Assembly (NCBI GenBank): GCA_030154085.1
Contig: JASKKR010000001.1
Coordinates: 4,852 to 68,851 of the forward strand
Length of the DNA: 64,000 bases
Direction: 5' to 3'
Source: Candidatus Cloacimonadota bacterium
GTDB lineage: Bacteria; Cloacimonadota; Cloacimonadia; Cloacimonadales; Cloacimonadaceae
In this document: positions 1 to 9,119 of the stretch, piece after piece
How the letters are laid out: the number at the start of each line of letters is the position of its first letter
Position numbering within the stretch: the stretch's first letter is position 1
The notes under the pieces: model-generated
Database searches by the model: none
What the model saw: the letters and a program-made list of their open reading frames with translations, nothing else
Told to the model about the DNA's origin: nothing
Made by a program: the position numbers and the translations under genes

Positions 1-408
1 GAGGAATTGCAAGATTATGATGCCATCATCTTTGGTACACCCACGCGTTTTGGGATGATGGCTGCACAGATGAAGAGCTTTTTAGATGCAACAGGTGGAC
101 TCTGGGCAAAAGGCGCGTTAGTCGGTAAGATCGGATCAGTTTTTACTTCCACATCAACTCAACATGGTGGGCAAGAATCTACCATCCTGAGCTTCCATAC
201 CCTGCTTTTGCATCACGGCATGATGGTGGTTGGCTTGCCCTATAGCTTTACCGGACAATCAACTCTTGACGAAATCACCGGAGGTTCACCCTATGGTGCT
301 ACCACACTATCCGGAGCAGACGGGAGCAGAATGCCAACAAAGAATGAATTGGACGGAGCATATTTCCAGGGTCAACACGTAGCCAAGCTTCTAGCACGCA
401 TGAAATAA
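1..408 (+). CDS. wrbA: NAD(P)H:quinone oxidoreductase, WrbA/flavodoxin-like (5' end cut by window edge)
   Basis: Frame 1 is open from nt 1; the listed ORF only begins at an internal TTG at 7. [30 protein letters not shown]...[12 protein letters not shown]...GSPYGA matches the WrbA FMN-binding core. TAA at 406-408, followed by a hairpin terminator. Confidence 0.85.
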   Translation, partial: EELQDYDAIIFGTPTRFGMMAAQMKSFLDATGGLWAKGALVGKIGSVFTSTSTQHGGQESTILSFHTLLLHHGMMVVGLPYSFTGQSTLDEITGGSPYGATTLSGADGSRMPTKNELDGAYFQGQHVAKLLARMK

Positions 409-432
409 TTCTCTATATTCAACCACTCCTAA

Positions 433-462
433 GGCCGCAGAGAAATCTACGGCCACTTTTTT
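433..462 (+). terminator. Rho-independent terminator after wrbA
   Basis: Stem GGCCGCAGA / TCTACGGCC with one C/A mismatch and a GAAA loop, followed by ACTTTTTT. It lies 25 nt after the stop codon. Confidence 0.6.
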
Positions 463-512
463 CCCCCACAAATTTGCTGTATTTTTGCTTGATTCCGTGC
501 AATCAAGACTGC

Positions 513-1517
513 TTATAGCATCATCTCAAGAGTTTTGATCAAAGCTTGTTCATGGCGGCGAACGATACGCTTTACCATCCTGTCCGGAGGATGGATGATG
601 CTCTGTCCGTCTTTGTTTACACCTCCAATCTCGATTAGCATCCCTGGTACTCCCAAGCTATGGTAGAAGAAATTGCGAGCATTTCCCACTTTGGAGGTGT
701 TGCCATAATGCAGCGCGTATGTACCTCGTAAGTAATCCCGTGGAACGTTTTTAGCATAGAAATCGGCGATGTCCTGAAGACGCACAAACTTTTCATCCTC
801 TTCATCGACTGCTGGCAGATATATGTGTTCGCTGGTCGCTCCAGTGAGAGACGAGTGATAAAAAAACGCTAACTCAAACTCCACTTTCCGTCCCAATGAG
901 ATGATGGCTTGGATCTCGCTCTCCGAGGCAGGAGATGACCCTTTATAAAAAGAGCTTTGCGGATTTGTCTCGTTGTCCAGATCCCAAAATACTGGATAGT
1001 TACGATTTAGATCCACTCCATCGGTACGGATATCTAGTTTACCATTACCGTCTGTGTCGCGGTTGTTTTTGCGTTTGATACGTGCATTCCCTTCGGAAAC
1101 CACTTTCCAGCCTTCGGGATTGAGAGTGGGGACAATCCAGAGCTTGTATTCATTCAGTATTTTTTGCACACGGCTATCCTTTTGGTAGCTCTGAGCAAGG
1201 TATTCAAAAAGATGGTATGATAATGCTACACCGAGGACTTCATCCGCGTGATGCTGCCCGATCACGAGAATATTGCGTTGCCCCTTTCCAAGCTCTATGG
1301 CATAGATTGGTAAACGTTCTGTTTCAGTAAATCCAATGATGCGGTGCACCAACAACGAAGGGTATTTGCTGGCAAGATGATTCATACGTTGCAATAAATC
1401 ATCTGGGGCAGGATAAGCAGAAGTCAGAGGATATTTGTTTACCCCCTGATAGGCACAGGATGCTAAAATGAACATCCCCAAAATGGTTATTGAGCAAGCG
1501 CTAATCTTTGACATCAA
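513..1517 (-). CDS. M14-family zinc carboxypeptidase, probable lipoprotein
   Basis: HxxE zinc motif (GQHHADEVLG), an NRNYP motif and a later FFYHS histidine fit peptidase M14. The N-terminus [21 protein letters not shown] has a lipobox-like LASC. The gene overlaps the recX end by 17 nt. Confidence 0.7.
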   Translation of the reverse strand: MMSKISACSITILGMFILASCAYQGVNKYPLTSAYPAPDDLLQRMNHLASKYPSLLVHRIIGFTETERLPIYAIELGKGQRNILVIGQHHADEVLGVALSYHLFEYLAQSYQKDSRVQKILNEYKLWIVPTLNPEGWKVVSEGNARIKRKNNRDTDGNGKLDIRTDGVDLNRNYPVFWDLDNETNPQSSFYKGSSPASESEIQAIISLGRKVEFELAFFYHSSLTGATSEHIYLPAVDEEDEKFVRLQDIADFYAKNVPRDYLRGTYALHYGNTSKVGNARNFFYHSLGVPGMLIEIGGVNKDGQSIIHPPDRMVKRIVRRHEQALIKTLEMML

Positions 1518-2121
1518 GAGTCTCCCACGCGCTGGCTATCTCATCCAAAGAAAATCCTTTGCGATAGAGTGAGGCAAAGATCTTCGCTTTTTGTTTATAA
1601 GGCTGTTCATCACGATAGCGAAATCTGAGTTTGTTGATCTGTTCGCTCAGTAAAGATATGCTATTTTCAGGATCATGAAGACTTTCCACGAGAGATTCGG
1701 AGATCTGAGGTGAGATATGCTGTTCACGCAGCTTCATAAGGATGGCACGTCGGCTCTTGCCACGCTCATAGAGACTTCTGATGAGAATCTCGGCAAATCG
1801 CTTGTCATCCAAATAACCTTTTTCTTTGGCTAAAAAGACACATTTCTCAACGATTTGAGGGTGATATGCCTTGCGCTTGAGGAGGCTGCGGCATTGATAT
1901 TCACTGTGCTCCGCCTTTGCCAGATAATCCGTTAGCTGGTGCCAAGCTGCATTTTCGAGCTTTGTGATCAGCTCCTGCGCCGCTTCATCTGAAATCTCGG
2001 TCTCCGCCGCAAAAGGGAAAAGATGGTGGAGGGTACGTAGACTCAGAACCCCCCACACAACATCGTCCAAGCTTATATATGCAGTTCGTTCAGTCTTCTT
2101 CCAATACTTCAACTTCATCAT
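1501..2121 (-). CDS. recX: RecA regulator RecX
   Basis: Lies directly downstream of recA and overlaps it by 32 nt. About 200 aa with helical-repeat segments ([52 protein letters not shown]) typical of RecX. Confidence 0.75.
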   Translation of the reverse strand: MMKLKYWKKTERTAYISLDDVVWGVLSLRTLHHLFPFAAETEISDEAAQELITKLENAAWHQLTDYLAKAEHSEYQCRSLLKRKAYHPQIVEKCVFLAKEKGYLDDKRFAEILIRSLYERGKSRRAILMKLREQHISPQISESLVESLHDPENSISLLSEQINKLRFRYRDEQPYKQKAKIFASLYRKGFSLDEIASAWETLDVKD

Positions 2122-3145
2122 TACTGGGCGGTTCGGTGAATTCTTCCGGGGTTATCTTGGCTCTGAGACGCTGCTCAATCTCCTGTAACAGTTCTGGGTT
2201 TTCCGTGAGATACGCCTTTGTCTTATCAGCTCCTTGACCGAGCTTGATATCGTTGTAGGCATACCAGGATCCGCTCTTTTTGACTATGTCGTGAGCAGAA
2301 GCCATATCCAAGATGATGTCCAGATGCGAGATTCCTTTGCCAAAAATGATGGGGAATTCCACATTTTTGAAAGGCGGTGCGAATTTATTCTTTACTACTT
2401 TGACCTTGGTACGAGCGCCGATAATCTGATTGTCTGCGCTGGCATCTTTGATGGCTCCACCATACCGGACTTCTAGACGCAGAGACGAATAAAATTTCAA
2501 CGCTACGCCACCAGTCGTGGTTTCCGGATTTACAAACGCGGGAGCACCAATTTTGATGCGGGTTTGATTGATAAAAACAACCGCTGTATTGCTTTTAGAA
2601 ACTATGGCAGTAAGTTTGCGCAAAGCTTGGCTCATCAATCTGGCTTGCAAACCTACGTGACTGTCACCCATGCTTCCTTCAATCTCTTGTTTGGGAACCA
2701 AGGCAGCAACCGAATCCACTATTATCAGATCTACAGCCGAACTCCGCACGAGCGTCTCAGTGACTTCCAGAGCTTGCTCACCCCCATCTGGCTGAGATAG
2801 GAGCATATTGTCAGTCTGCACTCCCAAACGTTTGGCATAGGCTACGTCAAGAGCATGTTCTGCATCAATAAAAGCTACAGTACCACCTTGCTTTTGGCAT
2901 TCTGCGGCTATATGTAAAGCAAGAGTAGTTTTACCACTGGCTTCAGCGCCATAGATCTCGATAATCCTGCCTCTTGGGATTCCCCCAATACCGAGTGCAA
3001 TATCCAAATTGAATGCCCCGGTTGGGATGATATCCACTTGATGATATGGCTTGTCTCCCAAACGCATAAGAGTGCCCACACCGAACTTTTTCTCGAGTTG
3101 AGACATTGCGGTTTTCAGGGCTGCATCTTTGTTTTTATCCAGCAT
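2090..3145 (-). CDS. recA: Recombinase RecA
   Basis: Full-length RecA with Walker [14 protein letters not shown], plus FIDAEHALD and [12 protein letters not shown] motifs. Confidence 0.97.
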   Translation of the reverse strand: MLDKNKDAALKTAMSQLEKKFGVGTLMRLGDKPYHQVDIIPTGAFNLDIALGIGGIPRGRIIEIYGAEASGKTTLALHIAAECQKQGGTVAFIDAEHALDVAYAKRLGVQTDNMLLSQPDGGEQALEVTETLVRSSAVDLIIVDSVAALVPKQEIEGSMGDSHVGLQARLMSQALRKLTAIVSKSNTAVVFINQTRIKIGAPAFVNPETTTGGVALKFYSSLRLEVRYGGAIKDASADNQIIGARTKVKVVKNKFAPPFKNVEFPIIFGKGISHLDIILDMASAHDIVKKSGSWYAYNDIKLGQGADKTKAYLTENPELLQEIEQRLRAKITPEEFTEPPSNDEVEVLEED

Positions 3146-3707
3146 TATTCCTCCGTTTATTCAGGTTATACTGTTCTATGATGTCATATCTAGGTCCTTG
3201 AGGACTCAAGACACTACGATAAAGACTCAGAGTGTCCCAGATCTGAGGTTCAGAAGGAACTTCATAACTGAGTACAGCGCGTTCAAAATCTGGACTCTGA
3301 GCTTCTTTGAGCCTGCAAAGGGTCACATGTAATTTTAATTTCTTGGGATCTGCTTCTATCTTGAGCTCTCGCAGACTACTTAAAAGCTGCCTGTTCAGCA
3401 CCATTAGATCTCTGCTGTCCCCACTCAACTTGAGCCAGACCAATCTCGGAGATACATAGGGAAATAGCTCAATCCCTTCAGCTTTAAGTACGGGAGGAGC
3501 ATAGCGAGCAACTTGTTGAGCGATCACGCGGGAAAGTTCACCCACTCTATGCTCTGCTACTTCACCGATAAAATTGACAGTGAGGTGCAGATTCTCTGGA
3601 CGCACCCAATTTATCCCTTTGTGTTTCAGACTCTGGAAAAAGCTGAGCGCTCGGCATAACTCATCATACAGACTTTGGGGTGGTTCTAAGGCTATAAAAA
3701 GCCGCAT
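3135..3707 (-). CDS. thpR: RNA 2',3'-cyclic phosphodiesterase / 2'-5' RNA ligase family (ThpR/LigT, 2H phosphoesterase)
   Basis: Two H-x-T/S-x motifs (HLTVNF and HVTLCR) at the spacing expected for the 2H superfamily. 190 aa; overlaps the recA start by 11 nt. Confidence 0.75.
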   Translation of the reverse strand: MRLFIALEPPQSLYDELCRALSFFQSLKHKGINWVRPENLHLTVNFIGEVAEHRVGELSRVIAQQVARYAPPVLKAEGIELFPYVSPRLVWLKLSGDSRDLMVLNRQLLSSLRELKIEADPKKLKLHVTLCRLKEAQSPDFERAVLSYEVPSEPQIWDTLSLYRSVLSPQGPRYDIIEQYNLNKRRNNAG

Positions 3708-4189
3708 CAGCGTTTGTACCCTATGTCTAGCAGGAACTTCTTTCGATGACTGATGTCCGTGTCAAGCTCCACTCCCTTTGGAGAAAAACCATCGATCACG
3801 CCCAATATTCCGCGACCTTGCTCGCTCTGGGCTACGATCACTTGGACTGGATTTGCCGTAGCGCAAAAGATCCTAACCACTTCCCGACAATCCTTTATCC
3901 CTGGGAGGACATTGATCGGGAACGCTCCTCGCATTATGATGATAAAACTGTGCCCTGCGCCTAGTATGCGAACATTCTTCACTGCTATCTCAATCAAATC
4001 GTTATCAGTACCGTCCTTACGGATTAGGCACGGACCTGATGCCTCACAAAATGCCAAGCCAAATTTGACGCCCGGGACGCTATTTACCATTACTTCATAG
4101 AGATCTTCCACGGTCTTAATAAAATGACTCTGACCGAGAATTATATTGCAATCATCGGGGAAGCTCAATTGAAGATTTTGAAGTTCCAT
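3707..4189 (-). CDS. Adenosine-specific kinase family protein (PF04008-like)
   Basis: IILGQSHFIKTVEDLYE...GVKFGLAFCEASGPCLIR...GAGHSFII...FPINVL...VRIFCATANP...EQGRGILGVIDG matches my memory of this small archaeal/bacterial family. The family name is recalled, not searched. Confidence 0.6.
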   Translation of the reverse strand: MELQNLQLSFPDDCNIILGQSHFIKTVEDLYEVMVNSVPGVKFGLAFCEASGPCLIRKDGTDNDLIEIAVKNVRILGAGHSFIIIMRGAFPINVLPGIKDCREVVRIFCATANPVQVIVAQSEQGRGILGVIDGFSPKGVELDTDISHRKKFLLDIGYKR

Positions 4190-4310
4190 TTCTTTCCTCT
4201 TAGCAGCTTATTTAACTTTACATGTAAAAAAACTTTGCCGGTGTGTCAAGCAAAATGTGCTTAAAAAAAGCAATTCTTTCCGCTTTAAAAGAGAGCCAGA
4301 GAGTCCAAGA

Positions 4311-6803
4311 TCACTTAAGCAGTTCTTTCAGAATTGCCGCGGCATGCGATTTTGCCCCTTCACCAAGCTCTGCTACAGGACCAACGCAACCAGGGCAACC
4401 GTCATCACACTCACAACTCTGGATCAGCTCTAAAGCCGCACTAAGTAACTTGTCTTGAATCTCATAAAGCTTTTGGCAAAGACCGATGCCTCCGGGAATT
4501 TTATCAAAGAGAGCAATCATTGGCCAGCCATCAGTCAGCCCTGCCTCAGCTTCGACCGATAGCCCCAGATCTTCAGGATCGCACATAACAAAAAACGGAG
4601 CTAGATTGTGCAAGAGATATCCTAATCCAGACAGCCCACCTTGGATTCTAATGCGTTCTTCAGCTAGTTTATGGCACCGCGGGCAAAGAGTAACGAGGTT
4701 TGCCGGATCATTTGCTTCTTCATATGAAGGGAAGCGGCGTAATGGCACGCGATGATGAACATCCCAGGCTTTCCCGCTTTCGGGAGCTTGGCATCTTTGG
4801 CAATGATAGCCATCTCGTGCCCGAATCTGCGCGGATATCTCTTTCCAGCGAGGACCATAGTAGTTACGATCGCCATTCCATAAGCCGCGATCACGGAGTC
4901 TCTTGACCAACTCAGGTGATAAGGATATCCACCACGCCACAGTTTCCAGTTCCTGCATAGGCAGATTCAGATCTTCCATGCCCAAAACTTCCATCGTTCC
5001 AAAGCGAATCCTTTTGAATCCAGTCACCTGCTCTTGGACTAAGACTCTGCCAAAGTGCTTTTTACCCCAGTCATAGCTGATGCTTTGCATCAAATTGACC
5101 AAGAGCAGCTCTGTGTCCCTTAGAGCTTGAGTGTAATAATCTGCGACAATGGGATCCAGAAAGACTATATTTTTTTCAAGATCTAGAGCCTTGACTATCC
5201 AAGTCTCTCCCAAGTGCAGATAGATAGCGCCAGGATGTGTCATCCATAGCGAGCTCAACCGATCCACATAGCCGATGCACTCCCCATCAGCCATGATCGG
5301 GAGCTGATTCGAAGCATTTCGGATGGAGACTTCTGCTGCGGGATAGTCATTGGTCATGCCCAGATATTTATTCCCTACTTTCCGGATTTTGCCTTCATCC
5401 AAGAGCACATTCAAATATCCACTCAGCTCGATTGGCTCCAGGTTTCCAAAACTCTCTGTATCTCTAAGGGAAAGTTCACTGATCGCGCAACGCAGCTCTT
5501 GCAGCAAGACCTCTGTATTATTTGGATCAATGAGAGCTAGCTCAGGATTCTTTTCCCAAAGGTATTCCGGATGCCGACAGATATATTGATCCAAGGGATT
5601 ACTTCCTGCCACCAAGATGGAGAGGGCGGTGTTTGCCTTTCTCCCAGCACGCCCGGCTTCTTGCCTCACTGCTGAGATACTACCGGGATACCCATTGATC
5701 AGTGCTACATCCAGAGACCCAATATCGATGCCAAGTTCCAAAGCGTTTGTAGTAATAATAAGGCGCAATCTCCCTTCACGCAGGTCTTTCTCGATTTTAC
5801 GCCGTTCTGAGGCAAGATAGCCACTGCGATAGGATGAGATCTGTCCCCGGAGTCCTTCAGGCATATGCAAGAGAAGCATCTCTACACTGCGTCGGGATAT
5901 GCTAAAGAGGATTGTAGATACTTCATAGCTCATGATCAGTTTGGCGAGTGAGGCAGATTCAAGCATACTGCTGCGTCGAATTCCCAGATCATAATCAACG
6001 ATCGGGGGATTGACGATCATGTTTATCCGTTCTCCTTGAGGTGATCCGTCCTCAGAGATCAAGAGCGCATCTTGCCCAATTAGTTCCTGCACAAGCTCAA
6101 GAGAATTTGCCAATGTGGCTGAAGTGCAAATAAAGACTGGATCGACCCGATATAGTCGGCAAATGCGTTGTAGCCGTCTGAGCACATTAGCAAAATGGGA
6201 GCCCAGGATTCCCCGATAGTAGTGAACTTCATCTATAACTATGTAGCGCAAGCGTGAGAAAAAGTTCGTCCAGAGACTGTGATTGGGCAAGATACCCAGA
6301 TGCAACATATCTGGATTGGAAAAGATGATATTTGCTTCACGGCGAATCTTGCTTCTGTCTTCCGTGGGAGTATCTCCATCGTAGATAGCGCTGATCACCT
6401 TTGTACCTGAATATTTCTTCAACTGCCCAATCATGGACTTCAACTTCTGGGCTTGATCTTGCGCCAGGGCTTTGGTGGGATATATCAATAGTGCACGAGA
6501 TTTTGGATCTGCAAGACAGGCAGATAGGATTGGTAGTTGATAGCATAGGCTTTTGCCACTTGCTACTCCACTGGTGATAACAATGTTCTTTTCGGATAGG
6601 ACTGCGTCAATGGCATGGCTTTGATGTAGATAAAGCTCTGATATCCCCTGTTCTTTACAAAGTCTGATCAAGCGCTGATCCAAATTTCTGGGAAAGTCTG
6701 CATAGCGGGCATCTCGGGGTTCATTGACCATCGTTGAGACAATGGTTTCCCGATGTCTTCTATTACTTTGCAGCTCCTTGACTAATTCATGAACCTGCTG
6801 CAT
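4311..6803 (-). CDS. SF2 DEAD/DEAH-box helicase of the YprA/MrfA type with C-terminal DUF1998-like zinc module and an inserted HNH motif
   Basis: Walker A SGVASGKS, motif II DEVH, motif III SAT, motif VI QEAGRAGR. The C-terminal CECDDGCPGC cluster is DUF1998/MrfA-like. An HNH-type segment (CQRC...HH...N...CPRCH) sits at aa ~655-715. Confidence 0.8.
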   Translation of the reverse strand: MQQVHELVKELQSNRRHRETIVSTMVNEPRDARYADFPRNLDQRLIRLCKEQGISELYLHQSHAIDAVLSEKNIVITSGVASGKSLCYQLPILSACLADPKSRALLIYPTKALAQDQAQKLKSMIGQLKKYSGTKVISAIYDGDTPTEDRSKIRREANIIFSNPDMLHLGILPNHSLWTNFFSRLRYIVIDEVHYYRGILGSHFANVLRRLQRICRLYRVDPVFICTSATLANSLELVQELIGQDALLISEDGSPQGERINMIVNPPIVDYDLGIRRSSMLESASLAKLIMSYEVSTILFSISRRSVEMLLLHMPEGLRGQISSYRSGYLASERRKIEKDLREGRLRLIITTNALELGIDIGSLDVALINGYPGSISAVRQEAGRAGRKANTALSILVAGSNPLDQYICRHPEYLWEKNPELALIDPNNTEVLLQELRCAISELSLRDTESFGNLEPIELSGYLNVLLDEGKIRKVGNKYLGMTNDYPAAEVSIRNASNQLPIMADGECIGYVDRLSSLWMTHPGAIYLHLGETWIVKALDLEKNIVFLDPIVADYYTQALRDTELLLVNLMQSISYDWGKKHFGRVLVQEQVTGFKRIRFGTMEVLGMEDLNLPMQELETVAWWISLSPELVKRLRDRGLWNGDRNYYGPRWKEISAQIRARDGYHCQRCQAPESGKAWDVHHRVPLRRFPSYEEANDPANLVTLCPRCHKLAEERIRIQGGLSGLGYLLHNLAPFFVMCDPEDLGLSVEAEAGLTDGWPMIALFDKIPGGIGLCQKLYEIQDKLLSAALELIQSCECDDGCPGCVGPVAELGEGAKSHAAAILKELLK

Positions 6804-8525
6804 TTATGGGATGATCACTTGCTTAAAGGTTTGAGAGCGTCCATTTTGCCGGATGCGGACAAAGTATATGCCAGCGGGAAATGAAATCGCAGAAGAATCA
6901 TAGGATTTGAGCCCGCGCGCAGAGCTAACAAGCTGCCCCCGTAGGTTGTAAATATCCAGATCAAAAAAGGCTTCACTTTTCAATGAAAAACTCTTATTAC
7001 ATGGATTTGGATAGGGTCGCGGTAATGTGGCTTCGGGAACATCTACGCCCACATGCCCGCTTTCAGCCTCGACTATGATGTCATCCACAAATAGTGCAAA
7101 AGCATCAAGAGATACTGCATTTAACGCCAGATTGACATCTTGATTTGCAAAGCTGCCCAAGTCAAACTCATATTCTGTCCAGCTAGCAGGAATACTTAGC
7201 CATTCTTCCGGATGTAGAGGCGTAAACGAAGTAGGTTGAGCATCACTAACCGAGATTAAAACCCGAAGTCTTTCCAAACCATAGGAAGGAGTATAGCTCC
7301 GAGCCATGAAGCTCAGTTTTGCTTGGCTGCCCAAATGAAGGTTTGGCAGGATCAACCAGTCATTATTCGGAGGATTTAGAGCACTTGCCGACATCAGCAT
7401 TTTCCCCCCGGAAGGTGGTGTTATATCAGTCACAGGAGGTGTTGTGGCAGATGGAGTGAAGACGATCCAGCCCAAAGGATTGCCTTCTTGGGGCCAAGAA
7501 GCAAATTCCCAACCCCAAGTGTCAGAGCCATCCAGATCCAAGATCTGATAGCCAGGAATCTGAGTACTAAAATCGGCATACTCCTCGAAACTCTGGTATA
7601 AGATGAGATCTTGATCGGTTTGTGGCACCGTGATTATCACATTGTTTGAGTGCGCAGAAGACTCTCCTCCAGGATATAGAGCTTGCACGCTATAGTTATA
7701 GCTGCAGCCGGGAGTCACATCGCGATCCACATAACTTTCTGTACTAAGCTCTGCCCAAATAGCACTATCACGGAAAAGACGGTATCCGCTTGGCTGATTT
7801 TCTGCAGGAGCTTCCCAAAATAGTCTGATCGCTCCATCTGTGTAATATCCGTGCAGATTTTGTGGAGCTGTCAGATCATTGGAAGAGTTCATATTCAGCC
7901 TGACATTACTGATATAAGTCTTTGTGACCGCATTCACTGGCGGATCATCGGGATCTGGATTGATGGACATACTGATAAAGTTTAAGGTGCGAGTGTTTGT
8001 CATCTGAGTGCAGAAAAAGTCATCGCTCGTCATACCTTGTCCATCGGTATTTTCATCTACAGCTATAATGAGATTGCTCACACCATCATAGCTAAAGCTT
8101 TGGTCAAGCGGAATCGTGAGCCACCCACTGCCCGGAAGACCAGAGGCAAAATATTCTGGACTCAAAAGACCACTAAAGACCTGGTTAAGTTCAGTTGTGG
8201 GTATCCATTCTGAAAGCTGAGAAAGATCACTATGTCCCAGATAGATACTCCATTCCTTATTCCCTTGTAAAAAACTCTCACTCGCCACATTATATTGAAA
8301 CCCAATCTGGGAGATCTCGCCGGCTTGCCCAATTTCTGAGGAGTAAAGAAGCTGTTGCGAATAGCTAAAGCGCGCGACAGGCTCAATAGGAAGCCCTTGA
8401 TGTAAGACATTGCCGGTTCCGATGGTTATTATGTTTGCTGATAGATGCAGAGTACATAGCAAAACCAAGAGGAGTCCCACTTTGTGGACAATTTGATCAA
8501 AAGACGCATATAGCCTTTGCTTCAT
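6804..8525 (-). CDS. Secreted surface protein with choice-of-anchor-J-like domain and T9SS-type C-terminal sorting domain
   Basis: I prefer the ATG at 8525 (GGAGGA 4 nt upstream) over the TTG at 8558. Signal peptide LLLVLLCTLHLSA. Module PPNNDWLILP...SYTPSYGLERL...DAFALFVDD. C-terminal YPNP...IYNLRGQLV...GIYFVRI matches the CTD of the three other cargo proteins here. The stop abuts the helicase start. Confidence 0.7.
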   Translation of the reverse strand: MKQRLYASFDQIVHKVGLLLVLLCTLHLSANIITIGTGNVLHQGLPIEPVARFSYSQQLLYSSEIGQAGEISQIGFQYNVASESFLQGNKEWSIYLGHSDLSQLSEWIPTTELNQVFSGLLSPEYFASGLPGSGWLTIPLDQSFSYDGVSNLIIAVDENTDGQGMTSDDFFCTQMTNTRTLNFISMSINPDPDDPPVNAVTKTYISNVRLNMNSSNDLTAPQNLHGYYTDGAIRLFWEAPAENQPSGYRLFRDSAIWAELSTESYVDRDVTPGCSYNYSVQALYPGGESSAHSNNVIITVPQTDQDLILYQSFEEYADFSTQIPGYQILDLDGSDTWGWEFASWPQEGNPLGWIVFTPSATTPPVTDITPPSGGKMLMSASALNPPNNDWLILPNLHLGSQAKLSFMARSYTPSYGLERLRVLISVSDAQPTSFTPLHPEEWLSIPASWTEYEFDLGSFANQDVNLALNAVSLDAFALFVDDIIVEAESGHVGVDVPEATLPRPYPNPCNKSFSLKSEAFFDLDIYNLRGQLVSSARGLKSYDSSAISFPAGIYFVRIRQNGRSQTFKQVIIP

Positions 8526-8803
8526 CCGTTCCTCCGTACAATCCCGCGCAATTTTCAATTTTCTGCAAACTGCCTTAATAGAGTAATACTGTCAAGCTAA
8601 AAGCAGCATTAAATTTCCAATGTATAGCTTGCAGTTATGATTCATTTGGCTATGAATCTCAATAGAAACCAGTTGGTTGGGCTGTTCACCAGATTGTTTG
8701 TGATCAAACGATGTTATAGGACAAACCCTATCGCGATGGCAAGACAGCCTTCCCAAAGGCTAATGCCGACATTTCAGATCGCTTTTAATATCTGCTTCAG
8801 GAT

Positions 8804-8910
8804 GCACTTCACATCGCTGTAACTCCTTATTTTCCCGTTTCTTGCTCACTTCTCAAATGAGGGACAAACGGGGGAGGCATCAAGAGCCCTACTTTTGCAA
8901 GCATTTAACC
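8804..8910 (-). repeat. Copy 1 of a ~105-nt structured intergenic repeat
   Basis: Contains the invariant 22-mer TTTGAGAAGTGAGCAAGAAACG, read on the minus strand. Stem is CCCGTTTG / GAAACGGG. Aligns end to end with the copies at 21741, 41687 and 54685. Confidence 0.85.
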
Positions 8911-9119
8911 ATGCAAAAATCATCAAGATAGGATTGTCAATTTATCCGATAATTATTATTTATCTGGGAATAGCCACACGAAAATTTAACAAATTTACCT
9001 AAAATAAAGGCGCAAACATTTTCATAATTTGTACAGTGAAAAATAGTAGACAAAATAACCGTAATTTACAGATGGGATAAGATAACGATCTTGTGAAGAA
9101 GGAATGAGATGGTAAAGAA

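Noticed and set aside
8590-8595. Further TTGACA hexamers occur upstream of genes, at 8590-8595 (-), 14501-14506 (-), 14720-14725 (+), 21615-21620 (-) and 46186-46191 (+).
   Set aside because: None has a TAnnnT hexamer 16-18 nt downstream, so I did not call them promoters. Only the clpB, 1722-aa-gene and rubrerythrin-like promoters have both elements.
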